This document shows positions 37,601 to 47,876 of a stretch of 64,000 nucleotides of DNA, one piece after another; the stretch's first letter is position 1, and the number at the start of each line of letters is the position of its first letter. The stretch comes from Intoshia linei (taxonomy: Eukaryota > Animalia > Orthonectida). Under the pieces are notes generated by a model that did not search any database, had not been told where the DNA came from, and saw nothing but the letters and a program-made list of their open reading frames with translations. The stretch is from contig LWCA01000018.1 in assembly GCA_001642005.1 (NCBI GenBank), positions 1-64,000 of the forward strand. The letters run 5' to 3'. Position numbers and translations under genes: made by a program.

Positions 37601-39712
37601 TCAATACAAACTTCAACCTAAATTTATCGAATATGGAGAAAGTTGTATTAAAGGTTATACATTATTTATTAAGGAAATATAAGCAATTTTTTCGATTGAT
37701 TTTTAATAATTTTTTTAATTTTTAATTTTATTTGATTTATTTATGTACGTATCGGAAGCTGAGATTTGCGACAATGGCAATAATTTTAAAACGTTACAAA
37801 ATTTGTTTTTTAAAGTTTTGGGATGCTTTTATTTTTAAAAAAATGTCAAAATAGTTTTTTACCCCTGAAGGACTCAATTTCGGAAAATTAAACTAAGATA
37901 ATAATAATAAAATAAACACACTCGCTAAAAATTGTATTATAAATTGTGGCTTTTTTAATTCTAAGACTTAATTTTTCAAATAAACGATAACGCACACATT
38001 CATTTTAAATAAATTATACATTATTCGGAAATATATAGGGATTATTGTAAATTGCCCAATAGGTTTTTAATTTTTTTTTTAAATTTCTTATAAATAAAAA
38101 ATAATGTAATTTAGATGTCAGCATACCTGCATTGTTTATGCCAAATCCAAACCCAAATCAAACGTTGATATATAATCCAAGATTGTACAAATTTTTCCAT
38201 TCCTTAAGTAATTGTTAACATTTGTTGATAAAGTATTACACTATTATACATTATATGTATTATAATAATGTAATCAATTAATAATAATAACAAATATATA
38301 GTAAAGTAGTATTTTGATAAATATACAATTTTATACTATAAAATGTACTTATAATAAATATTTCTATTTTAGACACTACAGATAGACTCACTCAATTACC
38401 AGCCATTAATAAAATGAGACACTCGAAAAGCGATGTAATTAAATATCAAATAAAAATAATAGTCAGGCGGTTTATAATTAAATTAACAATTAATAATTGG
38501 GATTTTTTAAATAAATCATGGATGTACAGTAGGGGTGTAATTTTTTATATTTTTTTTCAAAATTTCATGGTCCAAATACTGATAAAGTTGCGTGTGATAG
38601 TTTTATGATAATCGTGAAAAGAAGAAAAATTATTGAAAATTTTTAGTGGAAGATCATGCCATTTTAAAATTTTCATACAAAAATGTTCTACAAAAACTAA
38701 AATATAAAATTTTGGAACACCCCTAATATGCAAGTGTTTAACATAATATACTGTATAAAAAAATGGGTGCGAATTATTGGTTGCTTTCGAGAATTCTCGA
38801 GAAATTTCAATATTCTTAAATTTAAAATTATATTTGAAAATTTTCAAAAATGTAGTTTGTTATATAAATGCAAAATCTTCAAAAAATAATCATTTTTAAT
38901 TGTCGCTATAAATTTAAGCGTGTATAAACAAAATAATTTCAGTTATTATAATAAAAAAACAATATTACATTTTAAGTAATTCAATTCAATTGTAAGATTT
39001 AATTTATTAATTATTAAATTTTATAGTTACATTATTTACAAAAATAAAATAAAAACAATTTTACATCATAAATTAAGTCACAAAAAATTTTTTTTGAAAA
39101 ACACGATTTTACCAATTCAATTACTAGTAAGTTATTATTAATATCAGCATATATATTTTTTTAAATTCTTCAACTCGTTTGATTTTCAAAAAGATGGACA
39201 ATTGGGGTTTTTGCCCGTAAGATGTGAGTTTGGGAGGTTGAAATTATGTTTGACAACATCCCCGGAAAAAACTGTAATTGAAATGTGGACTTTATAAAAT
39301 TCTAAGACAGGTAGTTTTAAATAAAGCTGAACACACACACAAACAAAAATCGTGTAGCATATTATATAAGTTAGGATAACAAATTACTAGATAATATCTA
39401 TGATAAAAAACTTTTAATTTTTTCATAAATGTTATTTATTTCATGTTGCATTTGGGGTCCAAAAAAATAAATATTTTGAAATAGGGGTCAGAAGTACTGA
39501 TTATATTTGAAATATCAGTACACTATTTGAATCGGGAACCACTGGGTTAGACTAAGTAAAGATTTTCAATTTTTTTAATAATTAATTAAATTCAATTCAA
39601 ATTTTAGAAATTTTCAATAATAAATTTATTTGAAATTTCCAACAACTTTAATATTAATGGCGACATTGAAATGGACCAAATATTAGACAAATTGGAAGAT
39701 ATTAATAAATAA
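31637..39712 (+). CDS. Uncharacterised multi-exon protein with coiled-coil and acidic regions (about 15 exons)
   Basis: In-phase GT-AG chain: 31637-31741, 31783-31874, 31923-32083, 33605-33743, 34589-34712, 34754-34804, ~35067-35486, ~36142-36379, ~36809-37126, ~37183-37276, 37343-37441, 37491-37653, ~38116-38207, 38373-38434, 39608-39712. Segments NWAKLY..RGLGRRWKFR and DVSIPALFMP..YNPR..FFH look constrained. Confidence 0.75.
33298..33449. mobile_element. Tigger/pogo-type MITE
   Basis: TA|CAGTGAGGCCTTTCAATATCGCCAA...TTGGCGGTATTGAGAGGCCTTACTG|TA; three tandem CTCAATACCGCCA-like motifs. Confidence 0.88.
33834..33916. mobile_element. Tiny TIR element
   Basis: About 17-bp imperfect TIR; flanks AAAAATAG / AAAAATAT. 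Confidence 0.45.
35727..36097. mobile_element. hAT MITE, CAGAGGTGG family
   Basis: Homologous to 15682-15947; TSD GTATAATC / GTATAATG. Confidence 0.85.
38530..38725. mobile_element. hAT (TAG-terminus) MITE, degenerate
   Basis: TAGGGGTGT / ACACCCCTA; flanks ATGTACAG / ATATGCAA. Confidence 0.6.
39202..39376 (-). mobile_element. Second copy of the Helitron-like element
   Basis: Reverse-complement homology to 8772-8950 over its full length. Confidence 0.55.
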
Positions 39713-39924
39713 ATGTATTCTTATTGTATTTTTTATACATTTATTATAAATGAATCGCTTTTACACATGTATCTGCGAAGAGTTAATCAAAATATTTTAT
39801 ATAACGGAGTCCTAGTAAAAATTTAATTTTTTTTAATAATTGTCGTAATAAAATTACATTTTATTAAACTAAAAAAAAAAGAAACGTATTTAGGCTAGTA
39901 CCCATGTATTAGATACCTCTAACC

Positions 39925-40262
39925 CAGTCATTACCAACCTGTAGGTATATACCCACGAGTGGGTAATCGCGAAATTTGTTCTAAAAAAATAGGAATTTTT
40001 TTATTTTTTTTGTGTCGCATGCATAGTAACGAATGAAATATACTTTTTCCATTTAGTCCTTCAGGATGAAAAACAAAATTTCTTCTTTATTTTACTATTT
40101 TGTAAAATTAGTTTTTTAAAGCATTTTAATTAAATTTACTATTAAAAAATTATATGGATTATTCTAAAACCTGACCATCCAAAATGCAGTTAAACAATAC
40201 TGTGGGTAATATCAAAATAAGTACTATAAGGGTAATGTAGTAAAAAAGGTTATGAAACACTG
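39925..40262. mobile_element. hAT MITE
   Basis: CAGTCATTACCAACC / GGTTATGAAACACTG; TSD CTCTAACC / CTCTAATC. Confidence 0.8.
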
Positions 40263-40445
40263 CTCTAATCGGTATGCAAAAATAAAACAATGATTATGCT
40301 CTATCACGAGAGAGCCCTAATGAAATTTTTAAATGATTAATCATTGCCCTATACCAAAAACGATAAATAAATTTGGGTACTCCCTTACTCTTATACATTT
40401 CAACGAAACAACAATGTGAAACAAATTAATGAAAATTTATTAATA

Positions 40446-40874
40446 TTAATTAATTTTAATGTAATTATAAATGGACTTTTTATTGTAATTGAATAATTTG
40501 GGATTATTTAGGTATTTTACGTCATGAACAATGACAGACATGAGCCCAAATCTTCTAGCTTGCTGAATGAGACCAGAAATGTGTTTTTCCATGTAAATAC
40601 ATAATCCAGTAATATCTCGTTTTAAAAATTTTCCCGTATAAGGTGACACAAACTGACTGAGCAATCGAATATTTTTATAGTTTAACTGTATATTGTGTTT
40701 ACATATAATACACTTTTTTGAACATTGCTTGTATAAATCTTTTCCAGTATCCTCTTGAATTGAAATTACTGGTTTCGATTTTGTTACATATTTGACATTT
40801 GGATTTATGTAAGGCAATTTTAATTTTCCCGAATTTGTTTTAAAAATTTTATTCATCATATTTAATAACAACAT
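40446..40874 (-). CDS. MRPS18C: Mitochondrial ribosomal protein S18c (bS18m), intronless
   Basis: CIICK..LNYKNIRLLSQFVSPYTG....RDITGLC...I..AR..GLM, the Zn-binding S18c pattern. Confidence 0.92.
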   Translation of the reverse strand: MLLLNMMNKIFKTNSGKLKLPYINPNVKYVTKSKPVISIQEDTGKDLYKQCSKKCIICKHNIQLNYKNIRLLSQFVSPYTGKFLKRDITGLCIYMEKHISGLIQQARRFGLMSVIVHDVKYLNNPKLFNYNKKSIYNYIKIN

Positions 40875-41588
40875 ATCTTTTTATTTTTTTATTATCGACA
40901 TTTATTATTTAAATTTCAATAAATTTTTCTTTAACACATTTATCACTGATCACTGATCAGTTTTGTTGACCAATACACTGCACTAGTTACGTATTTTATT
41001 TCATCATGTCACGTCATCCATATTTTATGGACCAGACAGACATTTTGATAGTTGACTGCTTACCAAAATTAGATCAAAAAGTATCCATTTTGAATTATTT
41101 TTCAAAAATTCGTCTGGGTCACCGGTACACATTGATAAACGAATTTACACTGTATTATGGTTTAAAATTTTAGCTAAAATATACATCTTCATTTTGAGAT
41201 AATTATGATTAGCTCATTAACTTTTTTATAAACATGTGTTATAAATATCAATATATTAGTATACAATACAATGTAAGTATGTTGTAGTAATTTGTAATTA
41301 TAATGTTGGAGCGCTTTAATAGAATGGTATGGTTTTAATGAATGTGCCATTAATTATTCAATTTTAGTACATTGATGTACTATGTTAATGCAAGTTAAAA
41401 AATTTCATTATATATTGGCTTGTATTAATGTTGCTATAGTTCCATTTAAATGAATTGTAAAATGTGCTAAAAAAAGGATAATTAATTAATAATTGCTTCT
41501 ACTTATTAATCAAGTATCAACAATTAATTTTCATTTTACAAATAATGTGATACAAGTTAAATCAACTTTGAATAATCCTCAAATAAAA

Positions 41589-42332
41589 ATGCACAACCCA
41601 ACAAAGGTAATAAGTATCCACGAATTTATAAAATGTCACGCTGAAGTATTGAAACTAAAAAGAAATGAAAAAAATGAAAAAATAACTGAACTTGAAGAAA
41701 AAATTTCCACATACAAATTTATGACGACACACTGTAAGAAAAAAGAATGGCAATGGTACCATAAAATAAAATACTACTATCTTGAATATTTGAAATCAGT
41801 CGAAATATACAACATTGGAGAAGTGTTCATGTGTTACATGAAAACCAAATGGATTTACTATCAATTGGAGGCATTGGAAAATGAAATTTCATATTTTGAA
41901 CATGAAAACGAAACTTATCTAGAAATGTCAATTTTCACCAATTTCTTTAAAACTTTCATGTCGTATTTGATTGTTCAATTAAATCTGAGACATGCAAAGC
42001 TTTACGTGAAAAAATTCTATGCATTGAGATACGCAGCAGGAAATGTGTTAAGTTATCAAACTTTGATTAATTTGCAACATCTCAAAGATCAATTTTTATT
42101 TGAGTGTTTATGGAGGGAATATGAAGAAAATGTCAACGATGGTACATTTGATTTAACTAATCTTGTTACACTTGTAATTACATTTTTAGATTACAAACGT
42201 ATTTACCCCAAAAATCTCGCCGATATCTACCCTCATGATGTTATTATATTAAAGAAAACGGACACAATGCACTCATTTTTAGAAGAATATATAAAATGTT
42301 TTAAAGAGTTTGTAAAGTTTTTAGTCAAGTAG
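41589..42332 (+). CDS. Intronless orphan ORF, helical, Tyr/Phe-rich
   Basis: 247 codons from ATG 41589 (frame open from 41493); too long for chance at this AT content; no recognised motif. Confidence 0.6.
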   Translation: MHNPTKVISIHEFIKCHAEVLKLKRNEKNEKITELEEKISTYKFMTTHCKKKEWQWYHKIKYYYLEYLKSVEIYNIGEVFMCYMKTKWIYYQLEALENEISYFEHENETYLEMSIFTNFFKTFMSYLIVQLNLRHAKLYVKKFYALRYAAGNVLSYQTLINLQHLKDQFLFECLWREYEENVNDGTFDLTNLVTLVITFLDYKRIYPKNLADIYPHDVIILKKTDTMHSFLEEYIKCFKEFVKFLVK

Positions 42333-42688
42333 ATGATTTATTGTAGTTTTGTTTTTTCGAAATACATCTTTAAAATTTAAATTAAATGCATGATATACTT
42401 TTTATTTGCAAATAAGAATTTTTTATCGTTTGAATGAGCCATGTTAATTTGCAAAATTCACTTTTCACAATAACCTTACACCTCATTCGTAGGTCGCGAA
42501 CTTATTATTCGTATTATTGCATTTCATATTGACATTTCAGCAGATAGGTACATCAATGTAAAAAGTCTAAAATCCAGACTCTGGATGTAATATAAATTCA
42601 TTCTTATTGACAACGTTATAGTGACAAGTTACAAGGATTTTTCGATTGTAAATAAATGATAAAAATGTCAATACATCGATATGAATAG

Positions 42689-44018
42689 ATGGATACAAAA
42701 TCTATAAAAAATGCTTTTTGTAAGTTGTAAATAATGCAGAAATTGATGTTTAGATTATTATTTGAAAAAAGGTGATTATGTTGGACTCTGCAGCAATAAT
42801 ATATATCACTTAAACCATAACGATGAATTTCTCAATACATTCCTAAACTTTCTATTGGATTTTGTTAAAAGTGGCATTGAAACAGAGTGTATATTTTCGG
42901 TAGATGTTATTAATCAAATGATGATTAATTGTAATAATAAAGTCAAAAGATTCATTTCCCAGAAACGTATTCTAGAAAGATTCGTCGTTGTTTTTCATCC
43001 CAGCGTAAGTATTTTTTATTAAAAATAAACTACAAATAGCAAACCAGTCCACCTCCACTCAATATCAAAAATCGTATCATTTCATTTTTGTATACGTGGT
43101 CCACTGGTATGCCACATTTGAACAATTTTAAACACTATTACAACGAAATTAATGGTTCCGTCCATTTTACCAGTCAAGTATTGTTTTCATTATAATATAC
43201 ATATTTTTTATTTTTAAAGGACACCATTATGCCTTATACGAGCGAACCTTCTCGTGCTTCCTTTGAAACTACCGAATCTGTTCAAGTTTGGCTTATTTTT
43301 TAATTTTCATTGTATTTAGTTATTGTCAAAACTTATCAATAGTAAACAAAGGGTTGACACGGAATATGCAAATAGATATATTAAATTATTGATTGAATCG
43401 GAAAATAAACGAGATGACGAAGTCAGGATCTTTGTTTTTGATTTGGAAGCAGAGATTCAAAATTTTATTGCTACAATGGATACGTTTGATTTCGATGACG
43501 CTACAAATAGAGAACCCATTACCAATAATTTGGAGGTACATTCGAATTGTATTTTACTTTTGATGATTGAGGGAATATATTAGATAAATAATTAGCAAAG
43601 TAAGAGAAATGCGGAACAAGCTAGGGTGTAGTTGTCATGTGTCGTTTTTTTGTTTATATGTGGTTTCACGTGGCCGTTAAGAGTGACTCATTTAATTTTT
43701 TCCACTAATTAAATAAAAAAATATCTTACCCTTACGATCTAAGGTTTAACCGGAGCGGAAACATCCAATATATGCCTTGTTTTCATATACATTTATGTAT
43801 TTAGGTTGATTATTCGAATTTAGAGAACATATGAAAAATTCAAAATGAAACAATCCAGAATAGAAGAGCTGACTAATAAAAATTTACAAGTCAGTGAAAA
43901 AAATACTCAAATGATTATTGGTGTAAATGAAAAACTTTTATCGTGCTTTGAAAATTATCGTATATTCAAAGAAAAAGTTAAAAAGATCAATGTTATTACT
44001 AGCCTTATTGATATTTAA
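42689..44018 (+). CDS. GGA: GGA-family Arf-binding adaptor, VHS + GAT domains only
   Basis: Six exons; VHS KNRIISFLYTWSTGMP (GGA KNKILELLYSWTVGLP); N-GAT LLSKLINSKQRVDTEYANRYIK (LARLLKSSHPEDLRAANKLIK); C-GAT IIGVNEKL; ends SLIDI-stop. Confidence 0.82.
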
Positions 44019-44232
44019 TAAAACTTTGTGTAGTGGTAATTTATAATATAATTAGTTTATCTTAAAATCATTATAAAGATGATTACGTTTCAAAAATATG
44101 TTTGTGATTTAATCTAGCTTTATATATATAGATTTGACTGGAAGATGCAGATTTATTAGTTAAACTATTTTTTTGTACATCAACTGGAACAAACTGAAAA
44201 TTTTGATTATTAAATTGAAGGTTGTTTTAATA

Positions 44233-44365
44233 CAGGCATTCCCACATTTTTTTCACCGCGGACCATTAAAGTGAAATTGATAAAAAACGTAATAAATTGG
44301 CTAAATTAATAAAAATTATTTCACGGACCAGTACTAGTCCGCGGACCGGCGTTTGGGAAACTCTG
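44233..44365. mobile_element. hAT MITE, degenerate
   Basis: CAGGCATTCCCA / TGGGAAACTCTG; repeated CGGACC; no clear TSD. Confidence 0.55.
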
Positions 44366-44634
44366 TTTAAAGGTTAAACTTTATAGTTCATCATATTTTA
44401 ATTATGGTTAATTTTATCACGATGTTTAAAATTTGCACTTGGGATTAAGAATTTGATGAAATATATGTTCCAAAATTTAAAAAAAACGCATGAGTACCGA
44501 AATTTTTTCAGAACCTTGGTGTGTTACAAAAAAGGTTGGGAATCACTTTAGAGTTTCAATATTTCTTGGTTGTTAACCATAAAGATGCAAAATTATCGTT
44601 CAAAGAGACTACGTCAGCGTTAAAAAATTAAGTT

Positions 44635-44728
44635 TTTGTATAATCGGGACGACTGCCAGACGTTCAATTTTATACAAATATAGGATTCAGATGTGAATTG
44701 TTTCGCAACAATAGTCACAGTAACATAA
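44635..44728 (+). ncRNA. Candidate compact box H/ACA snoRNA
   Basis: Hairpin 44635-44678, ANANNA (ATAGGA 44680-44685), hairpin 44692-44719, ACA 44723-44725. Folded by eye only. Confidence 0.35.
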
Positions 44729-44862
44729 TGGGCATTGATGTGTATCTAGAAATGAATAATCAGTCTGAACCACGATCTTATTATGGTTTATCGATTATAA
44801 CGGTTTTAATATTCTTTGTAGCAGGTATATTTATAATTATACTGTTTTTGGCACGAATTAAT

Positions 44863-44989
44863 TGGTGATGCGACGATTCCAAGGAATCAGCAAAATTTTA
44901 CCACAACCACAAATAGTATGATTCAAAAGTATTTTGAATCGCATCAGAGTAGTTTTTTTAAGAATCGAATCGAAATCGTCGCATCATTA
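44863..44989. mobile_element. hAT (Ac-like) MITE
   Basis: TGGTGATGCGACGATT / AATCGTCGCATCATTA; internal GAATC repeats. Confidence 0.7.
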
Positions 44990-45627
44990 ATTTTAATTGG
45001 TCCTGGCAATCTACATTTTTTTAACAAATTTTTTGTAAATAAAGAATCTTTGAGAAAATTGGAATTTTATCAATTTTTTAGAGAAAATTTATTTCAAAAC
45101 AGCATAATAAATTATTATAATGTTAGTTTAGGTTTTATATCGATTTCCAGCCTTAATTGTAATATATTATCATTTACACATTTTATTTACTTTACAAAAA
45201 TAAACTCATTTGATTTTGCTTTTAATTGAGATTATATTTTTTTGGGATTTTCATTATCGTTTCGTTTTTATTGGTAAACGTTGAGATTTTATTTTAAACT
45301 GCCAAAAACTAGTCACTATGTACTGTTATTAAGTACACCAAAAATTTAGGAGTACCAGGTCTGATTTATTCTATAAAATCAAAAAGTTGCATAGAAAAAA
45401 ATGAACCAAAAAAAGCAAAAAGATATGGACGAATAGCTTTATACATTGACATTATTGGATTAGGGTTGTCAGTAATAATATACGCAGGATTGATAACATA
45501 CGGTGTAATGTTCTTTACAAAAACATATGAATTAGACATGATCGAAATCCGAAAGTACATAAACGACATAAATTACTACGTGGATTCGATTGAACCAAAT
45601 AATTTTTAATTAAAATAAAACTACAAT

Positions 45628-47750
45628 TTAACACGGAGGAGGAGGTGGTTTAATGTCTTCATTAGGTGGAGGAGGTGGAGCGAAATTGTTGTTATTATTT
45701 CCAGGATAACAGAATATTTGAGGCTGTACAGGGGTTTGGATATTAAAAAGAGGTGTATTGGGTACTGGAACGTACATATTTGGATACATTTGATTATCTA
45801 AAGAATTAAATGAATGTCCGTTAGGCGCAGGGAGGCAATAATTTGAAATTCCTATTCCTATACTAGCTCCAGCTCCAACAGAATTAAATGCAACAGTTTT
45901 TCGATCGACACTTTGACCCAATTCTGCCATTAAAGACATGTACTCTGAATCCATTTGTGCTTTTTCTACAGGATTTTTAGCGTCTTCCGTGTTTACTACC
46001 AAACAATCGCTAGACAAGTGGCCGGCTCCTCCGCATTTTGTACAAAATATTTGGTTAGTAACAATATTCTGAGCTTCTTCGAGTTGTTTCAATCGACTTA
46101 TTCCTTCTGTCTCTCGTAGGGTACCATTCAAAAGAGCTAGTTCCCTCAACTGTTGTTTTCTTAGATCGTTGTTACATTGTGGCACTTCTATTCCGTCTTT
46201 TACAATACCTTTTATTCTTTTAACTGCTTTTAAAACTAAATCTGCTGTAGCTGCAGTAATGTAGGCGTGAAGTGGTTCATCTTCTCCAGGTAAAGGTACT
46301 CCATTCGGTCTAGCAATTTTCCCTTCCTTTATAGACCCTTTTCCTCTTATTATTATTTTACAACCCGTCTAAAGGTATATGATGTAAATGTATATATACT
46401 ATATTACTTCTTTTTCGAGCATTTTCAAAGTATTACCACGTGGACCTATAATTAAACCAACAAAATTAATACTTGGATGCAAATCTTGTGGGATGAAGAC
46501 CTTGTCAATCACACGATTCATTGTTGAAATTCTAAAATGAGTATAAAAACTAAATAAAGATAAAAAAGTACTTGTATTCCATTGGAGGTCTGTACAAAGG
46601 ATTAAGTTTTATAATTTTGTCAATCTAAACATTCAAATTAAATGTAACAATAGAGGTATATATTTGCCAACCATCAAAAAAATTTATTTACTTGTCTAAA
46701 CTCAAATATTACGTAATTTAAGTCCAACATAAAATAATTTAAAGAACTAAAAATGGTACCATTCTTATCAAAAAATAAAAACACTACTTACACTATAAAA
46801 CTAAAACTTACAATTTCATTTCTCTTCTCCTCCAACTTTTCCCTAAATCGTATATCCTTGGTATTTAATCTTTTACCATCATGACTATAAATAGGTTCCG
46901 GAGATGGGGATCTAAAATAAAATAGATAACCTATTAAAACAAAAACCAATCTTGCATTATTACCAGAAAAAAAATATGTAAAATGAAACTAAATGTATTT
47001 AATTAAATTTTATAAAATTTTAAAACCAGGCAATCTTTAGCACAATAAAATCTAAATAAAAATCAATGCAGCTTGATGAAACATTCTCAAAAAAACTAAA
47101 AATTTCATTAAAAAGTATGATAATTGGAAATACGATTGTTTCAGTTCAATCCAAATTGATCGGTAATCTAAATTACTACCTTTACCACTCATCTCAGTTT
47201 GATTTTTTAAGTTTTACAAATTACCTATTATCAGTGTCTGTAACGTTAAAATTTCCAATACGAAGTCGTTGGTTAATATCCTCAACTTCCAATTGAACTA
47301 AAATAAAATTGAACCATGTTTAATTTTTACATACGTAAATACAGCTTTTCTTGGGTCTTTGACATTTTGTTTGAAACAATAGTCGGTACACCAGGAATAA
47401 TTGACCGTTCAGAAGTGTCACTAAATCTACTTTTTTTTGCTTTAGATTTGTCTGGTTTCACTTTTTCAACAACAATTTCAGGTTGTACCTCCACCAAAGC
47501 CGTATTATTGACATTTACATTATCTGGCGTTTTTTCACGTTTTCTAGAATCTCGATCTATTTTTTTATCTCTACTGCGTCTCGATCTATCCCGATAGTCC
47601 CGATCACGGTCACGGTTGCGTCTTTTTTCTCTACTATATTCACGACTGCGTCGCCTTTCTCTAACAGACTCAGGACTACGTCTCCTATATTCTAAAACAT
47701 TGTACACTTAAAAATTTTAATTAACCATATTTATCTCGACTCGGTGCCAT
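45628..47750 (-). CDS. SF1: Splicing factor 1 / branchpoint-binding protein
   Basis: N-terminal RS/RD tract, [14 protein letters not shown]2 ([35 protein letters not shown]), Zn knuckle [14 protein letters not shown], Pro-rich tail. Confidence 0.96.
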
Positions 47751-47876
47751 TTTTTCAAAATAAAATTGTCGACAATATTGTAAATAAATAATGCTGCCAA
47801 AATGTAACCAGGTGATTGAAAAATGATTATTAGTTTCTATGGAATAAATTTATTACAAATTTACAATATTTATAAA

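Noticed and set aside
43725-43735. CTTACCCTTAC, resembling the telomerase template CTAACCCTAAC
   Set aside because: It would specify TAAGGG, is paired in a local hairpin, and lies ~55 nt from the ACA with no room for a downstream pseudoknot and CR4/5.
43739-43762. CTAAGG..AACCGG..CGGAAAC, similar to SRP RNA helices 6-8
   Set aside because: Lacks the CAGG/AGCAG helix-8 loop and an Alu domain.
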